A stretch of DNA of 60,744 nucleotides, filler included, from Dimargaris cristalligena (GCA_003614675.1; 9 parts of 9 records of this genome joined end to end with filler, not necessarily neighbours in it), one strand, 5' to 3'. Counted from the whole stretch's first letter, positions 13,850 through 26,589 are shown. Made by a program: numbers and translations. The notes: a model not told the origin generated them from the sequence alone.

Positions 13850-13984
13850 GGGTGAAATTCAAGCCAGTTGTATAAAGTTTTATATGATTTGTTATGGGAT
13901 AGTATATGGGAGTAACCATTTTAACCAGTAATATTGGCCCCATCTAATGGATTTTTTGTTATACAGCCTGGTTGAACTACTCCC
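13850..13984 (+). mobile_element. 136-bp MITE copy
   Basis: GGGTGAAATTCAAGCCAGTTGTATAA ... TTATACAGCCTGGTTGAACTACTCCC; flanks AAAT / ATAT. Confidence 0.9.
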
Positions 13985-16575
13985 ATATCCACTCCACCTC
14001 TATCCCCAGCACACCCTGAAAACTTTGCAAGAATACTGGCTGGCCCATCCAGACCACATGAATAGTATGAACTATCCAGGAAGCACCATTCAAGGCTATA
14101 TGTGCATAACTGGTTCTTGAATTATCCCAGTATAAAATGAACAGTCAGCTAACCCAGAGATGGGTCCTTGGATGACTATTGCTCCTACACATTTACTTCC
14201 ATTCCCTACAATCGCTACATTAATCTTCATACCCTACTGGGGCCGCTAATAATAATAAAGCTAGTTTTCTGAATACTTCTACACTCACTCAACCTCATTC
14301 TTAACAGTAGCACAACCTGCACCCATCACTAAACCTCCAGGAGTGTTTTTTTAAGATACAGGGTTGTACAGGTTGGAGGGCTTTAGCAATTTAATCAGAC
14401 GGACAATCCTTACTTTTAGGTGCCGTGCAATGGAAAAATCGACCAGGTTACTCTGTATCGCAGCTGTAGTCCAAATGTTAATGTCCTCCAACTGATTAAT
14501 TGTTGACAATGCCAAAATTGAGCTTATTGTTGAGACTTGGGCCCCCGCATGACCGTATTATGGTCATAATTATATTATAGCCATCGTCTTAATGAGTCCC
14601 ATTCTAAATTATCCTATGGTACTAAAAACTAGATATTCCTATCATGAACGCTATTCATCTTTTCTTGGATAAACTCCTATAATATACTGGGTAATGTTAG
14701 CAACACTACCCACAGCGGGACCTGGTGGTGGCGCAGGAACCGCTTTATCATAATTCGGATACGACAAGTAAAACATAAAGTGCTGGTGTCAGCAGACGGT
14801 GGTTAATATGGGCAGCTATGACTATCATTTCTTTTTTGGAATGGTAAATCGACGGGCAAACGCAAGGGCTTTCAGATGTAACTGCTACCTCTAATCCTGC
14901 GGCTGGTTGTAGTCCCGGTAATACCGATGGGCCGTCGCCCTAGCCCGACGATAGTCTGGCCGGGGGCCAAATCAACAGGGGGGCTGTTTATCCAGATACA
15001 CCGGTCATGGACGATATATAAACCCTGTCAAATATCAACGACAGTAGCAGCCTCCGATACCTTTATAATCGTTGTCTGAGCCATACCGGACATGATACCA
15101 CCCCGGTCATACTAAGCCGATCCCAAGGTCTCCATTCTGAATAGGGGCAAACTGCGTGACTAAAAGGCATGAGCAGCCACACACGATAGAATTAGAATAA
15201 ATTACATATAAAAGGTGCTCCGCTTACCACGTTGATATTTCCTCAGCTTATTAGTGTCCCTATCAATGCCTTCCATCGCTCCCATATTCACCACTAATAA
15301 TATATATAAATATATACAACATGCTCATCTTATTCACTCATTTAACGCAAGTTAAAATAATTATAGGAGCGAAAGAACCGCAAGTCGCAAAAATATATAC
15401 TCGCAGTTGGATTTATTGAGCTAGATTAAAACGGTAATCCAGATACAAATAATGTCCCGAATAGGGGATAATGTAACTGTCACATCTACCCTGGCAGCTG
15501 TGCTTAATGCCAACTCCACGCTGGTGGCAGATGCTAGCACTGTCACTAATGGCCGAGTAGTATCTTCGCTAGATAGCGATGAATCCGGAGAACTAAACAA
15601 CCAGGGACCTGGTCAATAAAAAATCCCGGCCATCGATGAATGACGAACCCACTTACATGTAGTAGTGGGACTATTATACAAAGTTCGTCCGGTTATAAGG
15701 CCAACTGTAGGTTCTAAAGCCAGTGGGTATAGACCTCATATATGCCAGCATTGTTAGCATCCATGTGATAGAATATAATCTGACTATATAAAGAGTTCAC
15801 CGGCAATCTACTTCCCTTTAGTTTACCAGCGTTTCTATCTCTCTTATCTTCCTTAATTCTCCCATAAGCCCTGCGCATTTATAATAAAACTCGCTCATCA
15901 TATTCGCTCTTCTAACATAACCAAATATATAGAAACGGTGGGGCGCAGGATATAAATATTGAACGGGTATATTGCACACAATTTAGAAATTAGTGGTGGA
16001 TTATAGCTATGCATAGACAATAATTCTACCTACAATATAGTCGAGAATTTACCAACGCAGCCCAAAGCCTATTTGACAATATCCGTGACCCTCCAAGCCC
16101 GCATATCCGCAACCGCGTTTTCGACTCCAATCACAATGCCCCCATAGCGGCCCACGGCTGACAAAAACACGTGTATTGTGGTTATTGGGTTAGGTAGACG
16201 ATGCTATTCTTCAGAAACGGCCCAGCATCATATATATAAACAATCCATCTGATTTATCATCGGCCCAAGTAGAATTCTTCTGGAGAACAGCTCTACAATC
16301 CTTACATAAGTATCTAATTACTGTATACAAAGTGACAATCACATTTCAAGCAATCGTAAATAGGGACTAAGAAGCCTTTTGCTTAGCATATGTATGTATA
16401 TACGGCATTTATTGGGCTACATTGACATCACAAGAAGGTGGCTTTATGGATATTTAAGTATGTCTGATGGATTGTCCAAAGAAATGGGACCACTGACAAT
16501 GGTGCATGGCAAATGTGACGACTAGCCCTGTTAAATAAATACAATATATGATGGAGAACCAGTCGATAATAGGGA

Positions 16576-16890
16576 CTAAGCGGTAGGAGCCGGGGGTAAT
16601 TCGGCCGACTTGCCCGACTTGTTGCCCTTGTTCTTCTTGGCACGACGGACAAGGAACTGGTCCTCACCAATGTCACGGCGGTTCAGAGGGGCGGCCGTTT
16701 CCGCATTCTTGGACTTGCTGCCCTTGTTCTTCTTTGCACGACGGACAAGGTACTGGCCCTCACCGATACCGCGACGCATCAGCGATGATCCCTCGGGCAA
16801 TACGGAAGTGTTGGACTGGTTGGCCTGGGCAACAGCACTGAGAACCATGGCGGCCACAATGAAAGCCTTGATGAATGAAGCGGAATGCAT
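16576..16890 (-). CDS. Small secreted Kex2-type repeat precursor, 104 aa
   Basis: Clear signal peptide MHSASFIKAFIVAAMVLSAVAQA. A duplicated 32-aa unit L-x-RR-(G/D)IGE(G/D)Q(Y/F)LV-RR-AKKNKG(S/N)KS gives four LxRR sites. AT-rich TATA-like sequence at about 17048-17056 upstream. Confidence 0.85.
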   Translation of the reverse strand: MHSASFIKAFIVAAMVLSAVAQANQSNTSVLPEGSSLMRRGIGEGQYLVRRAKKNKGSKSKNAETAAPLNRRDIGEDQFLVRRAKKNKGNKSGKSAELPPAPTA

Positions 16891-18591
16891 GATGAGACGG
16901 GAGTGGGGGTGGTTGGGGGTAGGTGGTGAAACTTGTTGAGGAGAAGTATGGGGTAATGGTTGAGTAATAAAATGTGAAGTGGAGTGAGTGGATGAAATGA
17001 TGATATTGAGATGATATTAAAACTGAAAAGGCAGGCGGAGGCTGGGCTTTTATATTGGACATTCAAGACTAGATCGGCTGGTTGCATTGCAATTGACTAG
17101 GTTGTGATGGACTATCAATCGTCTCCAATCAAGGCTCGATAAAATCAGCACGCCCGTGGTCTAGTCTCCCCTAGTCAGAGAGTGACTTAGCCCTATGGCT
17201 ACCAACTATACTAATGCCAGCATCTCATGGATACCCAAGGCATTGTTCAGAACATTGATCTACTATCATACCGGCTTTGTTTTGGGACTGCGAATTGGAA
17301 TTTTAGCCTTGGCAATCCTAAGCTATTCCTTGTGGCTGATGAACCCGCCTCGTTTCACTGTATCGGCAATAAATTCATTATTACTAGGATCTCCGGTTCT
17401 TAAATTACCTGTGCTCATTATTATCACCCCTGTAGATTAACCGACTGCCCGCCCTTTTCATATCCCACCACCTCTCTCCTCTCATCTTTACTACCCGTTG
17501 GCTGTATTATTAGCTGGACTTAACCATCCCCCTAACCTCTCAATACATGGCATCGCTTGGTCATTCACCCGCAGGTCTATGTTGATTGGCAAGATCATCT
17601 AATCGTGGATGCAATAAAGTAGCTCGATGCCAAGATGCCCTCACATACAAAGCCCAGTAGCACAGCCTAAGCAAAACTATTGGTGGCAGTAGGATCATCG
17701 CCGGCTATTTTTATCCATACTAATGCCGTAACAGCTGAAATGCTCATTGAATTAAAGATCCGACGAGATTGGTGAGGAAGAAGCATCGGCAGTATCGGGC
17801 CCTGTTAAATAATTAGCCGTCTGATGGGCCCCCCTCCTTACTTGACGGTCAATACAGCTATAGTGTAGAGTAAGGCATACTGGCAGTTCTAGCTAACCCA
17901 CTGCCAATATCCAGAAATTCCCATCTTTTTGCAGAGCCATTTATTCCTGGTTGGGTCACAATGGCTTCCTTAAATCCGGCATTCTTTAACATCGATGGGC
18001 AAGTCGTGGACCATTTACCCTGATGAATATTATGTTGCTGCATTCCTTGAAATACCACCGACTCGCGCTGTATATAATAGTTTACATAGTATATGAGACA
18101 GTAGGCACATTATACCAACCTTACTGAGAGTAGTGCAGGTACTTAGTCGTAGAAAGCCTTGTTGCTAAGTTACTGGTAAAAAATGCCAAGCATAAAGTCA
18201 ACTCAATTGTCGCTGGAATCCACAAGGGGGGCAGCTCTTGCTCTAATTCATAATTTTAAGAGGTTATGATCAGCTTAAATCATATATTCGAGGTAAGACA
18301 AATTTCCTGAACGCCACAATTGGTACGGATTTTCTATTTTGCACCCCCACTTAAACCTGGACCTAGCTAAGCAGTCAACATCCATGGCGACGGACGGCCA
18401 TTTTTAGCACGACTAAGAACAGCATTAGCCCCAATAGAAGGGTATGGTATAGCAAAAATAGACGACACGACTAGTCTGGTGGTGTCGTCCATTCACTAAT
18501 GGTTGGCGGAATTCCCGACTAGAAAAAGGTTGAATAAATCCCACTATGCTATATATAAACTGTAATTCGTAACAATTTACCACACCCACAA

Positions 18592-19128
18592 TTATAATGA
18601 TCGCAAATTCAACAGCATGGCCAATATTAGTGGAATGTACAGGTTATTGTTTTGGTCCGTTAGAGCTTCCCCAATTGCTGTGATGGTTGCACTCATGATA
18701 AACCAGCGTGTTCCACTCGGACTGGTGCTTGCATGGAATGTCAGGCTAAGTGAAAGAATACCGGTCACGATAAGGACACTCAATGTGGATGCCACGGCCC
18801 CCTCCACTGTCTTCATACTCCCTGGCCAATGGTGTCGCCCCCAGACGGACTGTCCGACTATCGAGGTGGCCGCGTCACCGAGCCCTAGGGTGAGAATACC
18901 GGCCAGATTGCCTATGGGGTGGGAGGTTCGGAGCCAAATCGGGATCGCACAACCCACAATAAGGTATAAATGGGAAAGAATTACATAGCTCGAGTCATGG
19001 TAGTCGATAAAGGGGATCATCAAGTGGTTAATGGACTCGGCTAATGGTGATATCCGGAGTATTCGCGCTAGTTCAATGGATGCCAGGACACACCAGCCGA
19101 CGCCCATGCTCAAATAAAAATAGTGGTC
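18592..19128 (-). pseudogene. SEC59: Dolichol kinase C-terminal exon without upstream exons (probable duplicated fragment)
   Basis: Motifs ILSHLYLIVGCAIPIWL, GILTLGLGDAATSIVG, WPGSMKTVEG and DQNNNLYIP match the dolichol kinase cytidylyltransferase-like domain. No N-terminal exons are recognisable before the LTRs at 19426 onward. Confidence 0.7.
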
Positions 19129-19425
19129 TAGTAAATTGTATGCAAAAGACCACAGCCATTCAATACGAGACTCAAATGATGATAATGATACTGCTTGGCT
19201 GATTTCAACTCATATTGCTTAACTGGTGTGCGTTAATTTAGCGAAGCCAGGCATACTTTGAAGTAAATGTAGCGGCTATCTAATACACTGGAGCAGGGCA
19301 TACAGTTATATTTGACGGGCAATATATGGTGTATGCTCAGTTATAACTAACTTCATTTTTATGTTAATGTCTGATTGATAATCAACCCCAGCCTCGTATC
19401 CCTTTGGACACCTTGCTATTGCTGA

Positions 19426-19647
19426 TGTTGGAGTGATAAAATGTAGGGTAAATGCAAGTGCCTTTAGATGTAACTAAAAAGACTTGAAGAAGAGAGAAAG
19501 AATAGTAAATGGCAAAACTAGATGTCCATGATTGGTTATTTTGCATAAGACAAATGTATTAATCTTGCTAAAAATGATGTCCCAAGTATGGGGATGATGC
19601 AATTAGAGATATGGAATCTGTGGGATATATGAAATGAAGTTTTAATA
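19426..19647. mobile_element. Solo LTR-like repeat, family F
   Basis: TGTTGGAGTGATAAA...GAAGAGAGAAAGA... aligns to 645-903. Confidence 0.7.
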
Positions 19648-19704
19648 TTTTTTAAAAAACTTATATATAGAGATATAAGTGGATTTAAAAGTGTAAATGG
19701 GTAG

Positions 19705-20257
19705 TATTACACTGGTTAACCACTCTTAATCTATCAAGAGTCCCAAGGATAGGCTTCTAACAGTAGGCAGGGCTTAAACTTAGTTAAGCAGGCTGCTAGT
19801 ATCAGGTACAGGGCATGGTACTATCTAATAAAGGCTTAGTACTAGGTATATGTAAGAGGTATACAGTAACACACTTACTAGTTAGTATAAGGGGGAATGA
19901 GTATATATAGAGTTTATTGGGAGTAAATTAAGGGTAAGAATAAGTTAAGGAATCTAACTAGTCCCAATGGGGCCTAGTTATATATATATGGGGATAACTC
20001 CAGGGGGAGGTCCTGGGGGAAGGATACTACTAAGACTAGGTATAGGTTGTAAAGAACTGAAATCAAATCCTTAAAAACTAAACTTTATTTGAAAAAATAG
20101 ATGATAAGAAGGGAAAAGTAATGATAGACTTACTGTGGTGAACTTACCACATTTTTTACCTACTTTTATTTTTGATCTATTTTTCGCACTTATCGGAAGT
20201 ATGCCCCTGATGAGTGAATGAGCCCCTGCCCCTGCCCCTGACAAGTATGGTCATTTT
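19705..20257. mobile_element. Nested stack: family A LTR fragment (19705-20047), family E (20048-20133), family D (20134-20257)
   Basis: The A alignment breaks at TGTAAAGAACTGAA (also found at 33733), which breaks at TGTGGTGAACTTACCACA. Confidence 0.75.
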
Positions 20258-20705
20258 NNNNNNNNNNNNNNNNNNNNNNNNNNNNNNNNNNNNNNNNNNN
20301 NTTAATTAATTAANNNNNNNNNNNNNNNNNNNNNNNNNNNNNNNNNNNNNNNNNNNNTGTGTCAGGCAATCAGTATCCCGGGAAGATGGTACCCCCCCCT
20401 CGGGCATATGGTGCCCCACCTAATATACGGCCCAAAACATATTTTCAACTATTATATTAAGCATGTATGGAGTTAACGAACTATAAATAACCTATTTATT
20501 ATGAAAAAAATGTTGTCAAAATACTAAATAGGGCCTTCAGTGGTCGGGGTTGGGTGGAGGGTTAGTAATAAATGGTTCAGTATGAGAAAGAGGACACTTT
20601 CTTCCAAGAATTAGGTCCTGTTAATTTTTTAATATGCACTGCCCATGGCCGTTATATTGTATAGGGGTATAGATACCTCAATAGGAGTGTCCCAAGTAGC
20701 CTTAT

Positions 20706-20925
20706 TGTTGGAATACTAAGGTTGTAAAGGAAATAAAACTGGAAGTAAGGGAAGAAAGCAGCTAGAGGACGGTAGGTACCTCTAGGTAGTTAGTTTTATT
20801 GAGTTGTAATTTCTGTAGAGTGAAATATTGGCTAACATGAATGATCTCATGATAGCAGAATAAACTAACGTAATTGGGTAAAAATAGGATAGAATAAAGA
20901 ACACATAGGAACATATTCTTCAACA
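20706..20925. mobile_element. Solo LTR, family G (220 bp) with 5-bp TSD
   Basis: TGTTGGAA...TTCAACA flanked on both sides by CTTAT. Other copies at 40640-40742, 47380-47465 and about 51003-51098. Confidence 0.9.
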
Positions 20926-21068
20926 CTTATCAGTATCTTTGGTGTGAATTATCAAGCTTAAACAAGCTACCATTAGCTAATCTGGGCCTATTAATTGGCA
21001 CTCTTTTCTGCATTGCATGGGCTCAAATTTGACATTCTTAAGCCGGTAATAAATTTACCAATATAGGC

Positions 21069-21654
21069 TATCAGCCCTCCTAATCTGACTTAATCCAGAC
21101 CTAATGATCACCTATCCTTATTAGGCCTTATAGTACCATATTAACCCTCCCATAGTCACCCCCAGTACTATGGGGTTATTATATATTATATAACCCCACT
21201 CATTCCAACCCCAACACTTTGCAACCCAAACACTCAACTTACTGATCCAAGACTCTTCCAGTTCTCATGAGAGTCTTCCTGATGTGAAGTTGTCTGGTTG
21301 GATTTTTATCTACCTATACCTTAGTCTTAGTAGTATTTCCCTTGGGACCTCCCTCTGGAGCTGTCCCCATATATATATAACCAGGCCCCACTGGGACTGG
21401 TTCAACTCTTTAGCTTATTCATATCCCCCAGTTTACCTCAACAAACTCCATATATACTCACCCCCCCCCCTTGTACTAACTAGTAAGTGTGCCTGCTGCA
21501 TGTCCCTGACATTTACCTGCATTTGTCCTTTATTAGTTAGTACTATGCCCATCCTAATGCTAGTAGCCCACTTGGCCAAGCCTAAGCCCCACCTACTGTT
21601 AGAAGCCTATCCTCGGGACTCTTGATGGACTAAGAGTGGTTAACCCGAGTGATA
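21069..21654. mobile_element. Solo LTR, family A, with 5-bp TSD TAGGC
   Basis: TAGGC at 21064-21068 and 21655-21659. The termini have decayed from TG..CA to TA..TA. Confidence 0.9.
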
Positions 21655-22006
21655 TAGGCCTTACATGTTTGTAAAAGTACTAGTATAAGGGTTAGTAAAA
21701 ATTTGGCACAAGTAAATAACATATTTTATAGTATAATGTTTCAATAGGGGCTAAATAAGATCATCAATGGTATATTATACAGTGATAATAGAATAAAGAA
21801 CCTGCCATCCTACTGGTTATTAACATAGCCCTACCAGTGGCTGGCTGGATTATTAAAAGCTTATAGACTAATCATATGCTAAGATAACAGGGGTTTAGAG
21901 GGGGTGCCATATGCCTGGGGGGATACTAGAAGCTGGTGACACTGGCAATAAAGGCAGTGACAGCAAAGCAGCTACCTGTAAGACAATTCAGGAATAGGCT
22001 TGATTT

Positions 22007-22784
22007 TGTAGTGCCATCCTGAGGTCGGCACTTATCCCTGGACTATGGATAGCCAGTCCTCATTGTCAGAGGGCGGAATATGCTGTGACATGTAATGGCA
22101 GTATCACTCCTGCCATTTACCCACAAAAAAAAATATAAATATATATATATGTACCACCTACATTGTGGCATATTCAAAAACTAACAAAATATTATTCATT
22201 TCTTTATACTCATGGTTTACATTAAAAAGCCCACCATTCTAGTCCTTGCATTTAAAAGTCCAACCTGTTTTTTAGTGGATTCCTTATCATTCCATTTTAT
22301 TCTATTCTTGAACTTCCTTTTACATCCCTTCTCTTGTATCCAGCGGCCCCTAAGGCCCACAGGATGGTTGCATAAGTAGCCAGTGAATTCCCACTCATTT
22401 AAGAGAAGAATCATCACTCATATCATTTTTGAAACTCATAACTCTACCACCCCTTAAGCCCAGTCCCGAATTTTTTATTGATCATTTTTATATTATTTAC
22501 TACTACCATCTCTATTCATTTTATTTATTCTCAATAAAACCTTCTTATCACTCATCATATCCTGCCCCCATCCTCTGTCCACTCCACTGACCACTCGCCT
22601 CCTCCAAAACCCCACTATGTCAACATCCAATTCTACCCTGGTCTCCTCCCACTCCGTGAACCTCCCATCTTCTGCCACCAGGGAACCAGCTGCCGCAACT
22701 TCAGGCTGTGTTGACAAGGAGGCTGCTGCCTCCTCACAAATCCCAAAGGCTGTCAACAATCGGCCAGACATCCCGGGTAGTACA
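22007..22784 (+). mobile_element. Solo LTR, family B (~780 bp)
   Basis: TGTAGTGCC...GGTAGTACA; aligns full length to the reverse copy 37809-38529 and partially to 26590-27028. Confidence 0.85.
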
Positions 22785-22873
22785 CTTTAGCCTTAATATG
22801 AGTATCAAAATGAAACCTAACTGAAAACAATACTCCACTATTTGCATAGCTGAGCTCAAGTTTTGAAGCTAGG

Positions 22874-23458
22874 TGTTGCCTGGGTTAACCACTCTTAGTC
22901 TGTCAAGAGTCCTGAGGATAGGCTTCTAACAGTAGACAGGGCTCGGGCTCAGCCAAGCAGGTCCTAGCATTAGGTAGGGGTATGATACTAACTAATAAAG
23001 GCTATAAATGCAGGTACAGGCAAGGGATATGCAGTGAGTACACTTACTAGTCAGATACAAGGGCAGTGAGTATATATAGGATTTATTAGGGGTAAACCAG
23101 GGGGTAAGAATAAGCTAAAGAATCTAACCAGTCCCAATGGGGCCTGGTTATATATATGTAGGGGTAATTCCAGAGGGAGGCCCTAGGGGAAAGGTATTAC
23201 TAAGACTAAGGTATCATAGGATAGGCCAGCAGGATAGTCATTAGGGCCTGGAAGACTCAGATGGTAACCAGAAGAGTCTTTAGATCAGTACTTGAGTGAT
23301 TAGTACAAAGAAGCAGAGTCCAGAAGGGGAATAGTTATATGATATAGGGTGATCCCATAGTACTGGGGGTGACTATGGGAAAGTTAGTATGGCACTATAA
23401 GGCCTAATAAGGACAGATACTAAGGTGCCTAGATTAAGGCAGGTTAGATAGTCTGACA
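22874..23458. mobile_element. Solo LTR, family A
   Basis: TGTTGCC...TCTGACA, 585 bp; no TSD recognised. Confidence 0.85.
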
Positions 23459-23812
23459 ATCCTGATATCTGGGGGATAAGTAAATAGTAGTTGTACACTT
23501 ATAATATTAGTTAACTCTACCTTCAATATAATACATATAGGTGATATGCTTAATAATCCATAGGGTTAAAGCTGACTAACTATAAAGGTCTAGGCACCAT
23601 TGTCATCTAGTTCTATCAAAGAGGTGTGGGAATTCAGCCTTATTGAAGGACTACCTTACTTTAACTATTCCATATATCCCCTTCATTATTTACCTATCTA
23701 TTACTAGTTATATATTATACTATTATCTAATAGTGTCTTCTAGTATCTACTATGGTGGTTTACTGCCCTTATCTTTAGTCTGTTTAGTTATATAAGGCTG
23801 AGCTAATTCCTA

Positions 23813-24377
23813 TGTTGGACCATCTAATCTACCTTAATCCAGCTAGCTTAGATTTCTGACTATATTAGGCTATATAGTACCATATTAACCTTCCTATAGT
23901 TACCCCCAGTACTATGGGATAATCCTATATTATATAACCCTTCCCCTTCTGGACTCTGCCTCTTCATACTTATCACTTAAGTGCCAATCCAGAAGACTCT
24001 TCCAGATACTAATGGCCATCTAGTTGGCCTATTTACCTATTCTATAGTCTTAGTAGTACCCTTCCTCTGGGACCTCCCTCTGGAGTTGTCCCTGGGCATA
24101 TATAACTAGGCCCCATTGGGACCAGTTAGATTCCTTAGCTTATTCTTACCCCCCATTTATCCAATAAACTCTATATACACTTATTCCCCCTTATACTATC
24201 TAATAAGTATGCCTACTGTAAATCCCTTACATATACTTACCACTTAGCCTTTATTAATTAGTACCATACCCCATACCTGATGCTAGTAGCCCACTTGGCT
24301 GAGCCTAAGCCCCACCTATTGTCAAAAGCCTATCCTTAGGACTCTTGACAGACTAAGAGTGGTTAACCCAGGCAACA
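23813..24377. mobile_element. Solo LTR, family A (inverted relative to 22874-23458)
   Basis: TGTTGGACC...GGTTAACCCAGGCAACA. Confidence 0.85.
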
Positions 24378-25776
24378 AGGTAGTTGGGATGTCACAATGG
24401 GGGGTCCCCAGCTAATAGGTATGTACATATTAGAGGGCACTAAAATACATATTAGATACTGAGTAGGATTAAAGGGAACACATTTTTATAATTTCTGCAG
24501 TACTTGGATATTCAAGTAAAAATGAAAAGAGTTTATTTCAATAAATAATAGTACTGAAAAAAATGAATTTCAATATGTAAGTGACTGTTACGTTTACTCT
24601 GCACGATTTTGATATTTTAAATATGTGCATATTCGAATACTATAGCCAAGCCGGCTACGTGGCAAGAATAGGTATAAAAGGATTATAAGTAAGGCTATGA
24701 TATGTAGTATTGTTAGTTATACACCATTGATTAAAGAGCTGTAATTTACTAATCACATCATTGATATAGATAGAGTCCGCTACATTAGGTGTTGGCAGGA
24801 TAAAAGCAAGCTAAACATAAAAATGATGAATAAGCCGTAGTCGGTATTAGATATTAGCCACTAACAATCAATCATGGTATGCCAGACAGCACTACATACA
24901 CCCAGTTGAGATAATAGATCAGGGGTCCCAATATTCAAAATTGCCTCTCGATTTTATGAATGCATTCAGCTCAGCAGGAAACCCTATGTTGGACATGGGT
25001 ACCAATGTGTGCGAAGGGTTACGGAGAGGGGCGGTATAGCCTCTAACGTTAGCTATTATCTCATAGTGGCATCTTAATATAGGAAAAGGAAATAGTACTG
25101 GCCCTAACAGAACAGGCGTCTCCTTCTTGATTAGTAATGCTAAGCATACCAGTCTCTTCGTCTACCCCTGTGACCCGGCCTATAAGCGATCCCAAGGGGT
25201 ATTTGTGGTAAGTATAGGAAATCCAGTCTAGATGCCCAGGGTAAATTTAAGATGCGGGCCGAGGGATAGTTGGTGATAAATATGTGCATATATTTCAATA
25301 GGCAAAATATTATTAATACCCCCATTTATCACCCAACGATTACCCAACCCAGTCGAGTATGATGTACACAAAAAAAAGGGGCGGTAGAGGTATCAAAGGG
25401 GGATTAGAGCAGGGCAATGCTACATTATTTCTAGAATATTGTGACAGTGTTTAATGGTCACTATGCAGCAAGGGCTTACTAGCTTACAGTTGAGGTAAAT
25501 AACCTCCAATTTGCCGCGAACGTGCTCAACAAGCATAGTTATTTATGATAGGACTATGAATATGGCTGATGAGTGGTGGGCGGTGAGCAGCCGGGTGAGA
25601 GGGTGAACCATGAAACTAAACCAGAAAATTCGGCTGAAGCGAGGCAAGGGGTATTTGCTTGTCGAGGTAGTGGGTGGTAGAATGTGAGGTTAGCAATAGA
25701 CTTATTTTCGTGGGGCGGTGATATGGGTTATATAAAATAAACCGAGAATCAATAGGCAAGGCTAGTCTAACCATAT

Positions 25777-25912
25777 GGATGAAATTCAAACCAGCTGCAT
25801 AAGATTTTACATAATACGTGTATAGATGAAAATATATGAGAATAGCTTTTAACCAGTAATATTGGCCTCATCCCATGGATTTTTCGTTATACAGCCTGAA
25901 TGAACCTCTCCC
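25777..25912 (+). mobile_element. 136-bp MITE copy with ATAT TSD
   Basis: ATAT|GGATGAAATTC...GAACCTCTCCC|ATAT. Confidence 0.9.
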
Positions 25913-26589
25913 ATATGGTCTAGCAAATACTGCACGGCATTCAGTAATAAAGTATGAAATGTTTTCATTGGTTCCGTTTTAAATGGATTATATCAGAATG
26001 CTGTCCTTTGCTAGCTCCATTTTCCTAACTTTTGCAATGAGATGAATGGGATGCCAGTACTGTTATCATCCGGTGACTAGGCATAATACCACCAAGAACA
26101 GTACAGCACTGTGATATTCAAATACACACATTCAATCAGGAGACACCGGAACCAGTGATAAAATACCTGGCATTAATAAATTTTAAAACAGGCACAAAAT
26201 GATTTAAGCCATTTCAATTATATATATACTTCAGACCATAATTTATCATGAGATATGGGGCTGGGGCAGAGTGTAAACAATATTCGTCATGGATACCAGT
26301 CAGTCAGTTAAAAACATGAAACAAGAATCCCTCGGGAAGACTGGTGTGTGGGGAGACTCTGGTCTACCCAAATTTAACAGTATATATTATAGTTGATAAA
26401 TTTGGGTATGTGCACAGTTTGTTGACAATGCAATATAAGAAAATAACCAAGTATTGAACCCCATCTATTTGTTGATTTAAAAAGGGATTGTGGATGACAT
26501 AAAATAATCTAAGAATGTTTTTTAATATATGGCTAAATGGGCTAATAAAGGAACAGTTGTGACAGAGAATGTGAGATATACAGTGTATT

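Noticed and set aside
15460..15620. Coding-looking stretch DNVTVTSTLAAVLNANSTLV... after an AG
   Set aside because: I could not build a convincing start or upstream exon, and no family was recognised.
21284..21625. 113-aa hydrophobic ORF and a similar one at 39166-39363
   Set aside because: Both lie wholly within family A solo LTRs and the frame is not kept in other copies.
23459..23812. Spacer between the inverted A LTRs as a possible decayed pol remnant or DIRS-like internal region
   Set aside because: It is stop-riddled with no reliable RT, integrase or recombinase motif. TSDs on other A copies show that A is an ordinary LTR.
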